Positions 51,901 to 64,000 of a stretch of 64,000 nt of DNA are shown one piece after another. The notes beneath the pieces were generated by a model that was given only the letters and a program-made list of their open reading frames with translations, was not told where the DNA came from and made no database searches. How positions within the stretch are numbered: position 1 is the first letter of the stretch; the number at the start of each line of letters is the position of its first letter. A program made the position numbers and the translations under genes. This DNA is from Macrostomum hystrix (taxonomy: Eukaryota; Animalia; Platyhelminthes): positions 5,704,001-5,768,000 of the forward strand of contig CATNEN010000003.1 in assembly GCA_950097015.1 (NCBI GenBank), given 5' to 3'.

Positions 51901-54900
51901 ACTCTACTCCTCTCTACCCACTCTACCTCTCTCTTTCCTGTCTGTCTACTTCTGTCTTCCCAGTCTTTGTACTTTTCTCTCCACATTCTGTCTACTTTTC
52001 TATTTTTTCTATTTACTCCTCACCTCTCGGTGGTGCCTACCGCGTAGTTCTTTAGTGCATTTTGAGGTCTAAAAATGGTCAAGTAGCAGTGGGTTTCCTG
52101 AACTAATGCACCTCAAATTGGTGCTCCCTTACTTTTTCAACTTTCAAGTGAGGACACTTGAGCTCTGAGCAGATTTTTCTCTCAAGCAATTTAAAAAATT
52201 TACTTGAAACCTACACCACAGTTGTGTCCTATCTTTTATTCAATGATATTTGTACTTAGTTTAGCCTTGTGTTGCAAATATATATTTTCTTCTTAGATTC
52301 AAGGCCCCAGTGGTAATGGCACACACTCACACGGGTGTGTACATCTGCCCTGACTTTCTCATCGTCAGGCAGTGTACACTCTCACTGTGCCTTGGAGGTT
52401 GGCCATCAAGGGCGTAAATTTCACGACAGGCTCCCAGCCTTCTCTCCGCTTCTGTGCCCCTAATAAATGTGGCCTCGCCGCGGAATCGAACCCAGGTGCT
52501 ACGCATTAACTAATCTCATTGCTGATGCTGTTTATTGCAGAAATTTAATTCAGCAGAAGTGCTTTATTGCTGCAGCTCAGTATTCCGCTACAGTCTGTCC
52601 CCTTCCTACTGAATATCTGCAGCTGTTACTTATCTATTCTATTGTTGCTGAGCTGAATTGAATCCTTATTTGCTCTTGTTTTATTGCTGCTGGGGCAAAA
52701 TTGAACGTGCCTTGCTTTATATGTATTCACTCACCACAGCTACTCAGCTGAGCAGCTGCACCCTCTGCTCTAATCATTTTATCTATTATTATCTCTCTCT
52801 GACTCACTCTGACTCTCTCTGACTCACTCTGACTCTCCCTGACTCTCTCTGACTCTCTCTGACTCTCTCTGGCTCTCTCTGACTCTCTCTGACTCTCTCT
52901 GACTCTCTCTGACTCTCCCTGACTCTCTCTGACTCTCTCTGACTCTCTCTGACTCTCTCTGACTCTCTCTGACTCTCTCTGACTCTGTCTGACTCTCTCT
53001 CTGACACTCTGACTCTGTCTGACTCTGTCTGACTCTGTCTGACTCTGTCTGACTCTGTCTGACTCTGTCTGACTCTGTCTGACCCTCTCTCTGACACTCT
53101 CTGACTCTCTCTGACTCTGTCTGACTCTCTCTGACTCTGTCTGACTCTCTCTGACTCTCTCTGACTCTCTCTGACTCTCTCTGACTCTCTCTGACTCTCT
53201 CTGACTCTCTCTGACTCTTTCTGACTCTCTCTGACTCTTTCTGACTCTCTCTGACTCTCCCTGACTCTTTCTGACTCTCTCTGACTCTCTCTGACTCTCT
53301 CTGACTCTGTCTGACTCTCTCTGACTCTCTCTGACTCTTTCTGACTCTCTCTGACTCTCTCTGACTCTCTCTGACTCTGTCTGACTCTCTCTGACTCTCT
53401 CTGACTCTTTCTGACTCTCTCTGACTCTTTCTGACTCTCTCTGACTCTCTCTGACTCTTTCTGACTCTCTCTGACTCTGTCTGACTCTGTCTGACTCTCT
53501 CTGACTCTTTCTGACTCTCTCTGACTCTCTCTGACTCTCTCTGACTCTGTCTGACTCTGTCTGACTCTCTCTGACTCTTTCTGACTCTCTCTGACTCTCT
53601 CTGACTCTCTCTGACTCTTTCTGACTCTCTCTGACTCTCTCTGACTCTCTCTGACTCTTTCTGACTCTCTCTGACTCTTTCTGACTCTCTCTGACTCTCT
53701 CTGACTCTTTCTGACTCTCTCTGACTCTCTCTGACTCTCTCTGACTCTGTCTGACTCTCTCTGACTCTCTCTGACTCTTTCTGACTCTCTCTGACTCTCT
53801 CTGACTCTCTCTGACTCTGTCTGACTCTCTCTGACTCTCTCTGACTCTTTCTGACTCTCTCTGACTCTTTCTGACTCTCTCTGACTCTCTCTGACTCTTT
53901 CTGACTCTCTCTGACTCTCTCTGACTCTCTCTGACTCTCTCTGACTCTCTCTGACTCTATCTGACTCTCTCTGACTCTATCTGACTCTCTCTGACTCTCT
54001 CTGACTCTCTCTGACTCTCTCTGACTCTCTCTGACGCTCTCTGACTCTCTCTGACTCTCTCTGACTCTCCCTGACTCTCTCTGACGCTCTCTGACTCTCT
54101 CTGACTCTCTCTGACTCTCCCTGACTCTCTCTGACTCTCCCTGACTCTCTCTGACTCTCCCTGACTCTCCCTGACTCTCTCTGACTCTCTCTGACTCTCT
54201 CTGACTCTTTCTGACTCTCTCTGACTCTCTCTGACTCTTTCTGACGCTCTCTGACTCTCCCTGATTCGATAAATCCCATGATCCCAATTAGAATAATCCT
54301 ATGATCCCAATTTGATTAGTCCCATGATCGCGATTCGATTAATCCCATGATCCCAATTCGATAAATCCCATGATCCCAATTCGGTTAATCCCATGACCCC
54401 AATGCGATAAATCCAATGATCCCTATTTGAATAATCCCATGATCCCATTTTGATTAATCCCATGATCCTATTTCTATAAATCCCATGATCCCAATTCGAT
54501 AAATCCCATGATCCCGAATCGGTTAATCCCATGGTCCCGATACGATAAATCCCATGGTCCCGATACGATAAATCCCATGATCCCAATTTGATAAATCCTA
54601 TGATCTCCAGGCTCACCTGGAGACGTGTCGCTATGTGGCCGTGCCCTGCCCCGAAAACTGCGGCGACATGATCTGCCGGGTGTTCCTGAATGAGCACATC
54701 AACCATGCCTGCTCCAGACGCCGAAGGCAGTGCCAGTTTTGCAAGACAGGCTTCAATGCTGAGGACTTCCAGGTGACAGCTTCGGGATATTAAGATTGAA
54801 TTATCAAATTTCCATTTAAAAGTAACCATTTAAAAGACCGTATTAATGAGTTCAACCGCTTCTCAAAGAGCTCTAACAATTCTCACACGACTCAAACGAT

Positions 54901-57900
54901 TCTCTAACGAGCTTTCCTAATGACTCAAAAGCTACTCAAAGAGTTCAAACAATTTTCTCACGACTCAAATGATTCTCTAACGACTCAAACGCTTTCCTAA
55001 CGACTCAAACGCTTCTCCAACGACTCAAACGCTTCTCCAACGACTCAAACGATTTCCTAACGACTCAAACGCTTCTCCAACGACTCAAACGCTTTCCTAA
55101 CGACTCACACGCTTCTCCAACGACAAACGATTTCCTAACGACTCAAACGCTTCTCCAACGACTCAAACGATTTCCTAACGACTCAAACGCTTCTCCAACG
55201 ACTCAAACGATTTCCTAACGACTCACACGCTTCTCCAACGACTCAAACGCTTTCCTAGCGACTCAAACGCTTCTCCAACGACTCAAACGCTTTCCTAACG
55301 ACTCACACGCTTCTCCAACGACTCAAACGATTTCCTAACGACTCACACGCTTCTCCAACGACTCAAACGATTTCCTAACGACTCAAACGCTTCTCCAACG
55401 ACTCAAACGATTTCCTAACGACTCAAACGATTTCCAAACGACGCAAACGATTTCCTAACGACTCAAACGCTTTCCTAACGACTCACACGCTTCTCCAACG
55501 ACTCAAACGATTTCCCAACCATTAAAACGCTTCTTTAACAAAGTAAAATAGTTGTATAAAAGAGCAGCATTATTCTTACAGAAGCACGAGGGTGCCTGCC
55601 CGGAAGAGCAAGTCTGGTGCGAGAACAAATGCGGCCAACGAATGCCCCGGCGAAAACTGGAGCGTCACTCCGTACAGGACTGCGGCAAACGCGAGGTGGC
55701 CTGCAGCTTCTGCAAGAAAATATTCTTGTTCGACACTCTGCAGGTGAGGCTTGCTTTCTTCATTCTTAGACTAGAAATAATTGTCCCTCGCTATAGAAAT
55801 CCCAATCCTACTGTCTTGGAATCCCAATCCTACTGTCTGTAAACCCTAATCCTACTCCTCTGTAAATCCTAATCCTACTCCTCTGTAAATCCTAATCCTA
55901 TTGTCTTTAAATCCCAATCCTATTGTCTTTAAATCCCAATCCTACTGTCTGTAAATCTCAATCCTATTGTCTTTAAATCCCAATCCTACTGTCTTGGAAT
56001 CCTAATCATACTGTCCTGGAATCCTAATCCTACTGTCTTGGAATCCTAATCCTACTGTCCTGGAATCCTAATCCTACTGTCTTGGAATCCTAATCATACT
56101 GTCTTGGAATCCTAATCATACTGTCTTGGAATACTAATCATACTGTCTTGGAATCCTAATCCTACTGTCCTGGAATCCTAATCCTACTGTCCTGGAATCC
56201 TAATCATACTGTCTTGGAATCCTAATCATACTGTCCTGGAAACCTAATCATACTGTCTTGGAATCCTACTCCTCTGTAAATCCTAATCCTATTGTCTTTA
56301 AATCCCAATCCTACTGTCTTTAAATCCTAATCCTATTGTCTTTAAATCCTAATCCTACTGTCTTTAAATCCCAATCCTACTGTCTTGGAATCCTAATCAT
56401 ACTGTCCTGGAATCCTAATCCTACTGTCTTGGAATCCTAATCCTACTGTCTTGGAATCCTAATCCTACTGTCCTGGAATCCTAATCATACTGTTCTGGAA
56501 TCCTAATCCTACTGTCTTGGAATCCTAATCATACTGTTCTGGAATCCTAATCCTACTGTCTTGGAATACTAATCATACTGTCTTGGAATCCTAATCCTAC
56601 TGTCCTGGAATCCTAATCCTACTGTCCTGGAATCCTAATCATACTGTCTTGGAATCCTAATCATACTGTCCTGGAAACCTAATCATACTGTCTTGGAATC
56701 CTACTCCTCTGTAAATCCTAATCCTATTGTCTTTAAATCCCAATCCTACTGTCTTTAAATCCTAATCCTATTGTCTTTAAATCCTAATCCTACTGTCTTT
56801 AAATCCCAATCCTACTGTCTTGGAATCCTAATCATACTGTCCTGGAATCCTAATCCTACTGTCTTGGAATCCTAATCCTACTGTCTTGGAATCCTAATCC
56901 TACTGTCCTGGAATCCTAATCATACTGTTCTGGAATCCTAATCCTACTGTCTTGGAATCCTAATCATACTGTTCTGGAATCCTAATCCTACTGTCTTGGA
57001 ATACTAATCATACTGTCTTGGAATCCTAATCCTACTGTCCTGGAATCCTAATCCTACTGTCCTGGAATCCTAATCATACTGTCTTGGAATCCTAATCATA
57101 CTGTCCTGGAAACCTAATCATACTGTCTTGGAATCCTAATCCTACTGTCCTGGAATCCTAATCATACTGTCTTGGAATCCTAATCCTACTGTCCTGGAAT
57201 CCTAATCCTACTGTCCAGGAATCCTAATCATACTGTCCTGGAATCCCAATCCTACTGTCTTGGAATCCTAATCATACTGTCCTGGAATCCTAATCCTACT
57301 GTTCTGGAATCCTAATCCTACTGTCCTGGAATCCTAATCATACTGTCTTTAAATCCCAATCCTACTGTCTTGGAATCCTAATCATACTGTCTTGGAATCC
57401 TAATCATACTGTCTTGGAATCCTAATCCTACTGTCCTGGAATCCTAATCCTACTGCCCTGGAATCCTAATCATACTGTCCTGGAATCCTAATCCTACTGT
57501 TTTGGAATCCTAATCCTACTGTCCTGGAATCCTAATCATACTGTCTTGGAATCCCAATTCTTACTTGTCTTCGGTTCCCAATCTTGGGAACTATCTTAGA
57601 TTCTTTTTGTCTAGAAATTTTATAACCCAGGGATCTCAGAATCCAAATGCTAACTGTTCTGGAATTCCGACATCTGAATCCTACATCCTACAAACAAGAA
57701 GATGGAAAAACTTGAATTTTGATTCTTAAATGACAAATCAGTTTTTCTTTGAAATCGCTTTCTGGTTTATAAAAAGTATTTTCCATTTTACAGGTTCACG
57801 TTCAGCAGTGCACACTGAAGGGTGCAGCACCGCCGATTCCACCGCATCAGCAGCATCAGCAGCAGCAGCAGTACAGCACGTCAACATCGACGTCGAATTC

Positions 57901-60097
57901 CTCTTCCACGGAAGCCGCCATTCGCAGCGCCGTCGGCAAGGGCGCCGACAGTGCGGCGTCGACATCTCCGCTGGCGGCTACACCGGAGTCCACTCTTGAC
58001 AAGCCGCAGTTTCACAGTCAGCACCGACTGTCGCAGCACCGTCAGCAGCCGCTGCAGGAGCCGCCGCCGCCGGTGCCTCGTCGGGCGGCCTCCGCTGAAT
58101 GTCTCGACGGCGGCAGGGGAATTGTCGATTGTCCGCTGAAATGGTGCGGCTGCCAGTTTAAGGTTAGAAATATAAATCGGAAATCAATTTAGGAACATTT
58201 ACGCTACTTATAGTAGTTTGAGGGTTTAAATAATTGTTTTACTCTCGTATCTAAAAGCTTTTTAATTATATTAATATTAACCATTAAATTAGTAAGCGCC
58301 AAGAACACTAGAATACTATAATCAAGGACTCTAGGATTTTAGAATTAAGAATCCCTAAGATATTAGAATCAAGATACCTAAGACATTAAGGATCAAGATC
58401 CCTAGGTTATAGAATCAAGATCCCTAGGTTATAGAATCAAGATCCCTAGGTTATAGAATCAAGATCCCTAGGTTATAGAATCAAGATCCCTAGATTATAG
58501 AATCAAGATCCCTAGATTATACAATCAAGATCCCTAGGTTATAGAATCAAGATCCCTAAGATATTAGAATCAAGATCCCTAGATTATAGAATCAAGATCC
58601 CTAGGTTATAGAATCAAGATCCCTAGATTATACAATCAAGATCCCTAGGTTATAGAATCAAGATCCCTAGATTATACAATCAAGATCCCTAGGTTATAGA
58701 ATCAAGATCCCTAGATTATACAATCAAGATCCCTAGGTTATAGAATCAAGATCCCTAGATTATACAATCAAGATCCCTAGGTTATAGAATCAAGATCCCT
58801 AGGTTATAGAATCAAGATCCCTAAGATATTAGAATCAAGATCCCTAGATTATAGAATCAAGATCCCTAGGTTATAGAATCAAGATCCCTAGATTATACAA
58901 TCAAGATCCCTAGGTTATAGAATCAAGATCCCTAGATTATACAATCAAGATCCCTAGGTTATAGAATCAAGATCCCTAGGTTATAGAATCAAGATCCCTA
59001 GGTTATAGAATCAAGATCCCTAAGATATTAGAATCAAGATCCCTAGATTATAGAATCAAGATCCCTAGGTTATAGAATCAAGATCCCTAGATTATACAAT
59101 CAAGATCCCTAGGTTATAGAATCAAGATCCCTAGATTATACAATCAAGATCCCTAGGTTATAGAATCAAGATCCCTAGGTTATAGAATCAAGATCCCTAA
59201 GATATTAGAATCAAGATCCCTAGACTATAGAATCAAGATCCCTAGATTATGGAATCAAGATCCCTAGAGTATAGAATCAAGATCCCTAGGTTATAGAATC
59301 AAGATCCCTAAGATATTAGAATCAAGGTCCTTAAGACATTACCAAACGAATGAAATCTAAAGACATTCAGATTTCCCAAAACGTGTAGACTTCCCGTTAT
59401 TTTATAACTAGTTCATCGTGAAAGTGGAACCAACCATTCCGAAATCTCCCAGGGCGATCGCGCCTCCGTCGATCGTCACCAGCGGGACGCCTCGTCCGGC
59501 GCTCGTCACGTGACCCTGCTAGCCGAGATGGCTCGCGCCCAGCGTCGCGAGATCGAATCTCTGAAGCGCCAGTTGCGCCACCTGCCTCTAGTGCACAATG
59601 GCCACCTGGTCTGGCGCATCGACAACTACGCCGAGAAGCTGGCCGACTCGCAGCGCAATCGCGAGCTGGAATTCTGCAGCGTGCCGTTCTACACCGGCAG
59701 GCCCGGCTACCGCCTGCAGGCGTCGGCCTTTCTCAACGGCAACGGCAGCGGCTCAGGGCGGTACCTGTCGCTCTATGTCAAACTGTTGCCGGGCGAGTAT
59801 GATCCCATTCTCACGTGGCCGTTTGTGAGGCCGATCCGTATGCGCCTACTTGATCAGCGGGATTCGGCATCGAGCCGGTCGCATCTGGAGGAGAGCTTCA
59901 CGCCGGATCCCACCTGGCGGCATTTTCGTCGGCCCGGTCGCGACGCGGCCGCCGCGTTCGGCTTTGGATTTCCAAAATTTGCGGCCCACGAAATTTTGCA
60001 GCAGCAGCAGCAGCAGGAGGCGAATGTCGACAGCTCAGGATGTTGCTACGTTCGCGACAATGCCATCTTCTTCGAGATCGAAGTGCAGCCTAATTAG
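48994..60097 (+). CDS. TRAF4: TRAF4-like RING/zinc-finger/MATH adaptor; exons 48994-49136, 50177-50252, 50934-51038, 54611-54772, 55582-55743, 57794-58162, 59453-60097
   Basis: MPGYTYFF start and RING CPICKLPM..CQHTFCDSC...CPLD. TRAF zinc fingers (CPENCG, CENKCG). MATH domain LVWRIDNY...FYTGRPGYRL...LNGNGSG..YLSLYVKLLPGEYDPILTWPF...FGFPKF. Confidence 0.88.
49228..50085. repeat. 30 bp minisatellite, TRAF intron 1
   Basis: ttaggcactgaagaactgaagggataatat. Confidence 0.95.
50383..50830. repeat. 25 bp minisatellite, TRAF intron 2
   Basis: aggtgtgtcagctgatgtgtcaatc. Confidence 0.93.
51630..51932. repeat. Pyrimidine-rich minisatellite (ctacccactctacctctct), TRAF intron 3
   Basis: Tandem copies visible. 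Confidence 0.88.
52305..52495 (-). mobile_element. SINE family A, partial, TRAF intron 3
   Basis: Reverse-complement match with intact B-box GGTTCGATTCC. Confidence 0.75.
52793..54263. repeat. 10 bp satellite (ctgactctct)n, TRAF intron 3
   Basis: Tandem copies visible. Confidence 0.96.
54265..54606. repeat. About 23 bp degenerate minisatellite (aatcccatgatcccaattcgata) abutting the TRAF exon 4 acceptor
   Basis: Tandem copies visible. Confidence 0.85.
54885..55520. repeat. 20 bp minisatellite (acgactcaaacgcttctcca), TRAF intron 4
   Basis: Tandem copies visible. Confidence 0.93.
55797..57557. repeat. 22 bp minisatellite (aatcctaatcctactgtcttgg), TRAF intron 5
   Basis: Tandem copies visible. 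Confidence 0.95.
58365..59330. repeat. 22 bp minisatellite (agaatcaagatccctaggttat), TRAF intron 6
   Basis: Tandem copies visible. Confidence 0.95.
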
Positions 60098-60734
60098 CTT
60101 GGTGGGGGAGCGGCATTTTCATGGCAGAGTTGTAACGCGTCCGACTCGTGCGGTGAAGGTCGAGAGTTCGAATCGTTGGCGAGGCCTCTCGTTATTTCCA
60201 GCTTCAAGCGCAGGACATCAAATAAAAATAATTTATTATGACTTTCTCAACAATCTCATTACAAGTATTGGTCGCCAAAGTCGATTTCATTTCATAGCAG
60301 ATAAATTTCTTTATACTACTTTTTCGATACATATCGGATCGTTGAAAAATAACTTATAAAGTAGTGAGATAAGTGAAATAAATGTATATTTTTCATGGCA
60401 TAGTTTACTTTTCTGGTCAGCGAAAAGCCTTCAATTTTTTTCCGCGTAGATAATGGTTTGTTTTTTCCTATTTGAAATGCCGGGTAAATTTTTGTCATTT
60501 CTTATCTTTTGCTAGAGCTTATTTCGCTCGTAGTTTGCTAGACCATTATTTGTAGCCCACATATTGTAGAGTTAAATGAGTATGTGTTTACCTGTTTAAG
60601 TAATAAATTTAGAACTACAAATCACGTAATTCAAAGTATATTTAGTTTTGTACTTGTTGTATATTTTTGCGCATAATAGAACCAATTATGCAGCGTTACA
60701 AATTTCGGTTTATTATTTTTTGTTATAATAATAA

Positions 60735-60925
60735 CTGAAGCACCCACCCCACCTTCAATTACCCCAGCTGGTGCTGGCACCCATTTAACAGCTGGGTGAG
60801 CTGAAGCAATGCAGAGTTAAGCGTCTTGCTAAAGGACACAAATTGTCCCAATGCAGTCGTGAATCGAACCCCCGACCTCCAAGTCGAGAGTCCGACGCTC
60901 TATAAACCACTGGGCTACAACCTCC
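60735..60925 (-). mobile_element. SINE family B, 5' two-thirds
   Basis: Head gaggttgtagcccagtgg, B-box gggttcgattc, CORE-like domain. Confidence 0.78.
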
Positions 60926-61559
60926 GCCGCAAGACGTAAAGACAGTCTCTAATTGAGAAGACTCAATAACAAAAAACTAGCAAACAGACGAATAACGAAC
61001 AAGAGATTAACATTTTCCAAGCAGACACTCGCTATCTGCAGAAAAAAAAAATTTATTTTTCCATGAGGTAAGGCAATTTCTAATGAGCACCTTTTAATTA
61101 GTTCTTGTTTTAGGATTAACCGATGCATTGCATTGTTCAAAAAGCCGATTCAAAATGATTCCTGGTACTGATTAATCCCTAACTAATCTTGGTCCTACCT
61201 GACATGCAACACCAGAATTTTAATCTAAGAAAATCTCATTTCGTGTTTTTTGCTTCGCGATATTAAATGATTTATTTATTTAAAAAAGATGAAAGGCTTA
61301 CACTTGAGACCCTGATGTCAAAGCCTTCCCAAAAACACTGAAAAAGAGAATTATCAGGTAGACTCATCGAGTATGACGTTCTCAAAGCCTGTATCTGGCA
61401 TTCCGTGTCCGTGGATGAGGATGCAGCCAGAGCTGGGTATAAAACAGGAAATTTTTATTCTGCATTTTTCTTGCCCTTCAAACAAGTTTCTGTAAAGGCG
61501 TTAAGAAAAAACTGGTGAGTGTCTAGGGGTTTTTAGTGGGTAAATTATTTTTTGTCTCG

Positions 61560-62908
61560 TAGACAACTGGTAGACAACCGGTAGACATATAGGTAGGCAA
61601 CTGGTAGACTTATTGGTAGACAACTGGTTGATAAATAGGTAGGCAGCTGGTAGACTTATTGGTAGACAACTGGTAGACAAATAGTTTGACAACCGGTAGA
61701 CAAATAGGTAGGCAGCTGGTAGACTTATTGGTAGACAACTGGTTGACAAAAAGGTAGGCAACTGGTAGACTTATTGGTAGACAACTGGTAGACATATAGG
61801 TAGGCAACTGGTAGACTTATTGGTAGACAACTGGTAGACTAATTGGTAGACAACTGGTTGACAAAAAGGTAGGCAACTGGTAGACTTATTGGTAGACAAC
61901 TGGTAGACTAATTGGTAGACAACTGGTTGACTTATTGGTAGACAACTGGTAGACTAATTGGTAGACAACTGGTAGACAAATAGGTAGGCAGCTGGTAGAC
62001 TTATTGGTAGACAACTGGTTGACTTATTGGTAGACAACTGGTTGACTTATTGGTAGGCAACTGGTTGACTTATTGGTAGGCAACTGATTGACTTATTGGT
62101 AGGCAACTGATTGACTTATTGGTAGGCAACTGATTGACTTATTGGTAGGCAACTGATTGACTTATTGGTAGGCAACTGATTGACTTATTGGTAGACAACT
62201 GGTTGACTTATTGGTAGACAACTGGTAGACTAATTGGTAGACAACTAGTAGACTAATTGGTAGACAACTGGTTGACTTATTGGTAGACAACTGATTGACT
62301 TATTGGTAGACAACTGGTTGACTTATTGGTAGACAACTGATTGACTTATTGGTAGACAACTGGTAGACTAATTGGTAGACAACTGGTTGACAAAAAGGTA
62401 GGCAACTGGTAGACTTATTGGTAGACAACTGATTGACTTATTGGTAGACAACTGATTGACTTATTGGTAGGCAACTGATTGAATTATTGGTAGGCAACTG
62501 ATTGACTTATTGGTAGGCAACTGATTGACTTATTGGTAGGCAACTGATTGACTTATTGGTAGACAACTGGTTGACTTATTGGTAGACAACTGGTTGACTT
62601 ATTGGTAGACAACTGGTAGACTAATTGGTAGACAACTAGTAGACTAATTGGTAGACAACTGGTTGACTTATTGGTAGACAACTGGTTGACTTATTGGTAG
62701 ACAACTGGTTGACTTATTGGTAGGCAACTGATTGACTTATTGGTAGACAACTGGTTGACTTATTGGTAGACAACTGATTGACTTATTGGTAGACAACTGG
62801 TAGACTAATTGGTAGACAACTGGTTGACAAATAGGTAGGCAACTGGTAGACTTATTGGTAGACAACTGGTAGACTAATTGGTAGACAAACAGGTTGACAA
62901 CTGGTAGA
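61560..62908. repeat. 12/24 bp minisatellite (ggtagacaactggttgacttatt variants)
   Basis: Tandem copies visible. Confidence 0.93.
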
Positions 62909-63030
62909 AAAAGAAGATAAATTTGCATGCAAAAAGTTTAGCAAAATTTGTGCCTTTAAAATATTACTGCGAGTATAAACCTATTTCTTTCATGGTCCAC
63001 AAACTTAGGAGCTCTATCTGTCATTTGAGA

Positions 63031-64000
63031 ATGTCTACGCAACGAAACAACGACACAGCTGTTGAGCCAGTCGCGCCTGGCACAGGTCATCTTCCGGCTC
63101 TGATAGACGCCAATCCGATGGTGTTCTTTCCCTACATAAGCCTCACTTCGGTTGCCATGCTGATAGGATTTTTCGGTAACTTGGCCCTGATCATCACTCT
63201 GATAGTTCGCCGAGACGTGCAAAAAGTTGGTCGCGAGTTCCTGATCAACATGTGCCTGGCTGACCTGTGTGTCACTGGATTCGCTGATCCGTTGTGCATT
63301 ATAGGTCAGTAAGGGGTCCAATTTGGCGATTTTCTTGTTCAATCCATCCCTCCTCTTACGAATTCCAAAAATTTCGTGGCCTTATTACTGATTTTTCGAT
63401 ACATATCGGTTAGTTCTTGTTTCAGCTTTTGCATTCGAGATAGACGCTAATTATAGTTAAGACACAAGGATTTCACAATTCTGTCAAAAGCTCATTATAT
63501 TTAAGGTTGTTGCCACGTGGATAGAACCGAGGTGCTGAGTTCGAGTCAAGGACTTCTCAAGTAGTACTCAAGTACTTAAGATGTTCTTGGTTCGAGTCTC
63601 AACCCCAGGGGAGAGTTTTAATGTACTGTTAAAGATTCCTCATCACCTAAGTTTACCAGAAATTTAAGTGGTTTTGGCGGCCCTTAAAAGCCCAAAGGTT
63701 ATTTTTTGTCTTTCGGGAGGCAAACATTTAAAATAAGTTAATCGTTCTTTTAATTTCATCTAAACAAACGCGGCAGCCGCCATCATGGGGGAGCAATACT
63801 TAGCCGAGCGCCCGGCCCTGTGCACTCTGGTTGCGTCACTGTGCCTCTCTGCCTGCTTCTGCGCATTCTTTAGCCTGGCCTGCATTACCGCCTCTCGCTT
63901 GGTGTTCATCTGCTACAGCCGGGTGTACAATAGACTCTTCTGTCGATGGAAAGCCATCGGCCAGTGCTGCCTGTGCTGGCTTTTAAGCTTGGCCGCTGAA
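63031..64000 (+). CDS. Class A GPCR, melatonin-receptor-like; partial (exons 63031-63304, 63777->64000)
   Basis: N-glycosylation site NDT, TM1 GFFGN, TM2 NMCLADL, ECL1/TM3 Cys, TM3 end ASRLVFICYSRVYNRLF (cf. melatonin receptor NRYCYICH), TM4 Trp. Confidence 0.8.

Noticed and set aside
49031-54287. Repeat ORFs of 348 aa and 487 aa (also those at 882-1356, 13202-14002, 47272-47832)
   Set aside because: Each coincides with a minisatellite, mostly within introns of well-supported genes.

Overview
Eukaryotic (metazoan, invertebrate) genomic DNA with GT-AG introns, tRNA-derived SINEs and a very high density of 10-30 bp minisatellites. This style suggests a free-living flatworm such as Macrostomum, which is inference only. 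I assembled nine protein-coding genes by hand from splice sites and reading phase: (1) an Mx-like dynamin GTPase (800-4860 +); (2-4) three adjacent, highly divergent ETS-domain paralogs (7264-6005 -, 12767-11226 -, 15477-24691 +); (5) an SLC16/MCT-family transporter (26111-30066 +); (6) a neuregulin-like ligand (about 45455-33556 -) with an NRG type-II/NRG2-like N-domain, Ig, EGF, TM and long tail; (7) an intronless acyl-CoA synthetase nested antisense in the neuregulin's first coding intron; (8) a TRAF4-like gene (48994-60097 +); (9) the 5' part of a melatonin-receptor-like GPCR. The best candidate for an undescribed system is the left 25 kb: an antiviral-type Mx effector beside a cluster of non-canonical ETS factors, with paired STAT (GAS) and kB-like motifs in their upstream regions, i.e. 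a possible interferon-independent inducible antiviral locus. A second strong finding is a pair of alternative exons for the C-terminal half of the neuregulin EGF domain, predicting secreted versus membrane-anchored ligands. Most long ORFs in the supplied track are minisatellite artefacts.
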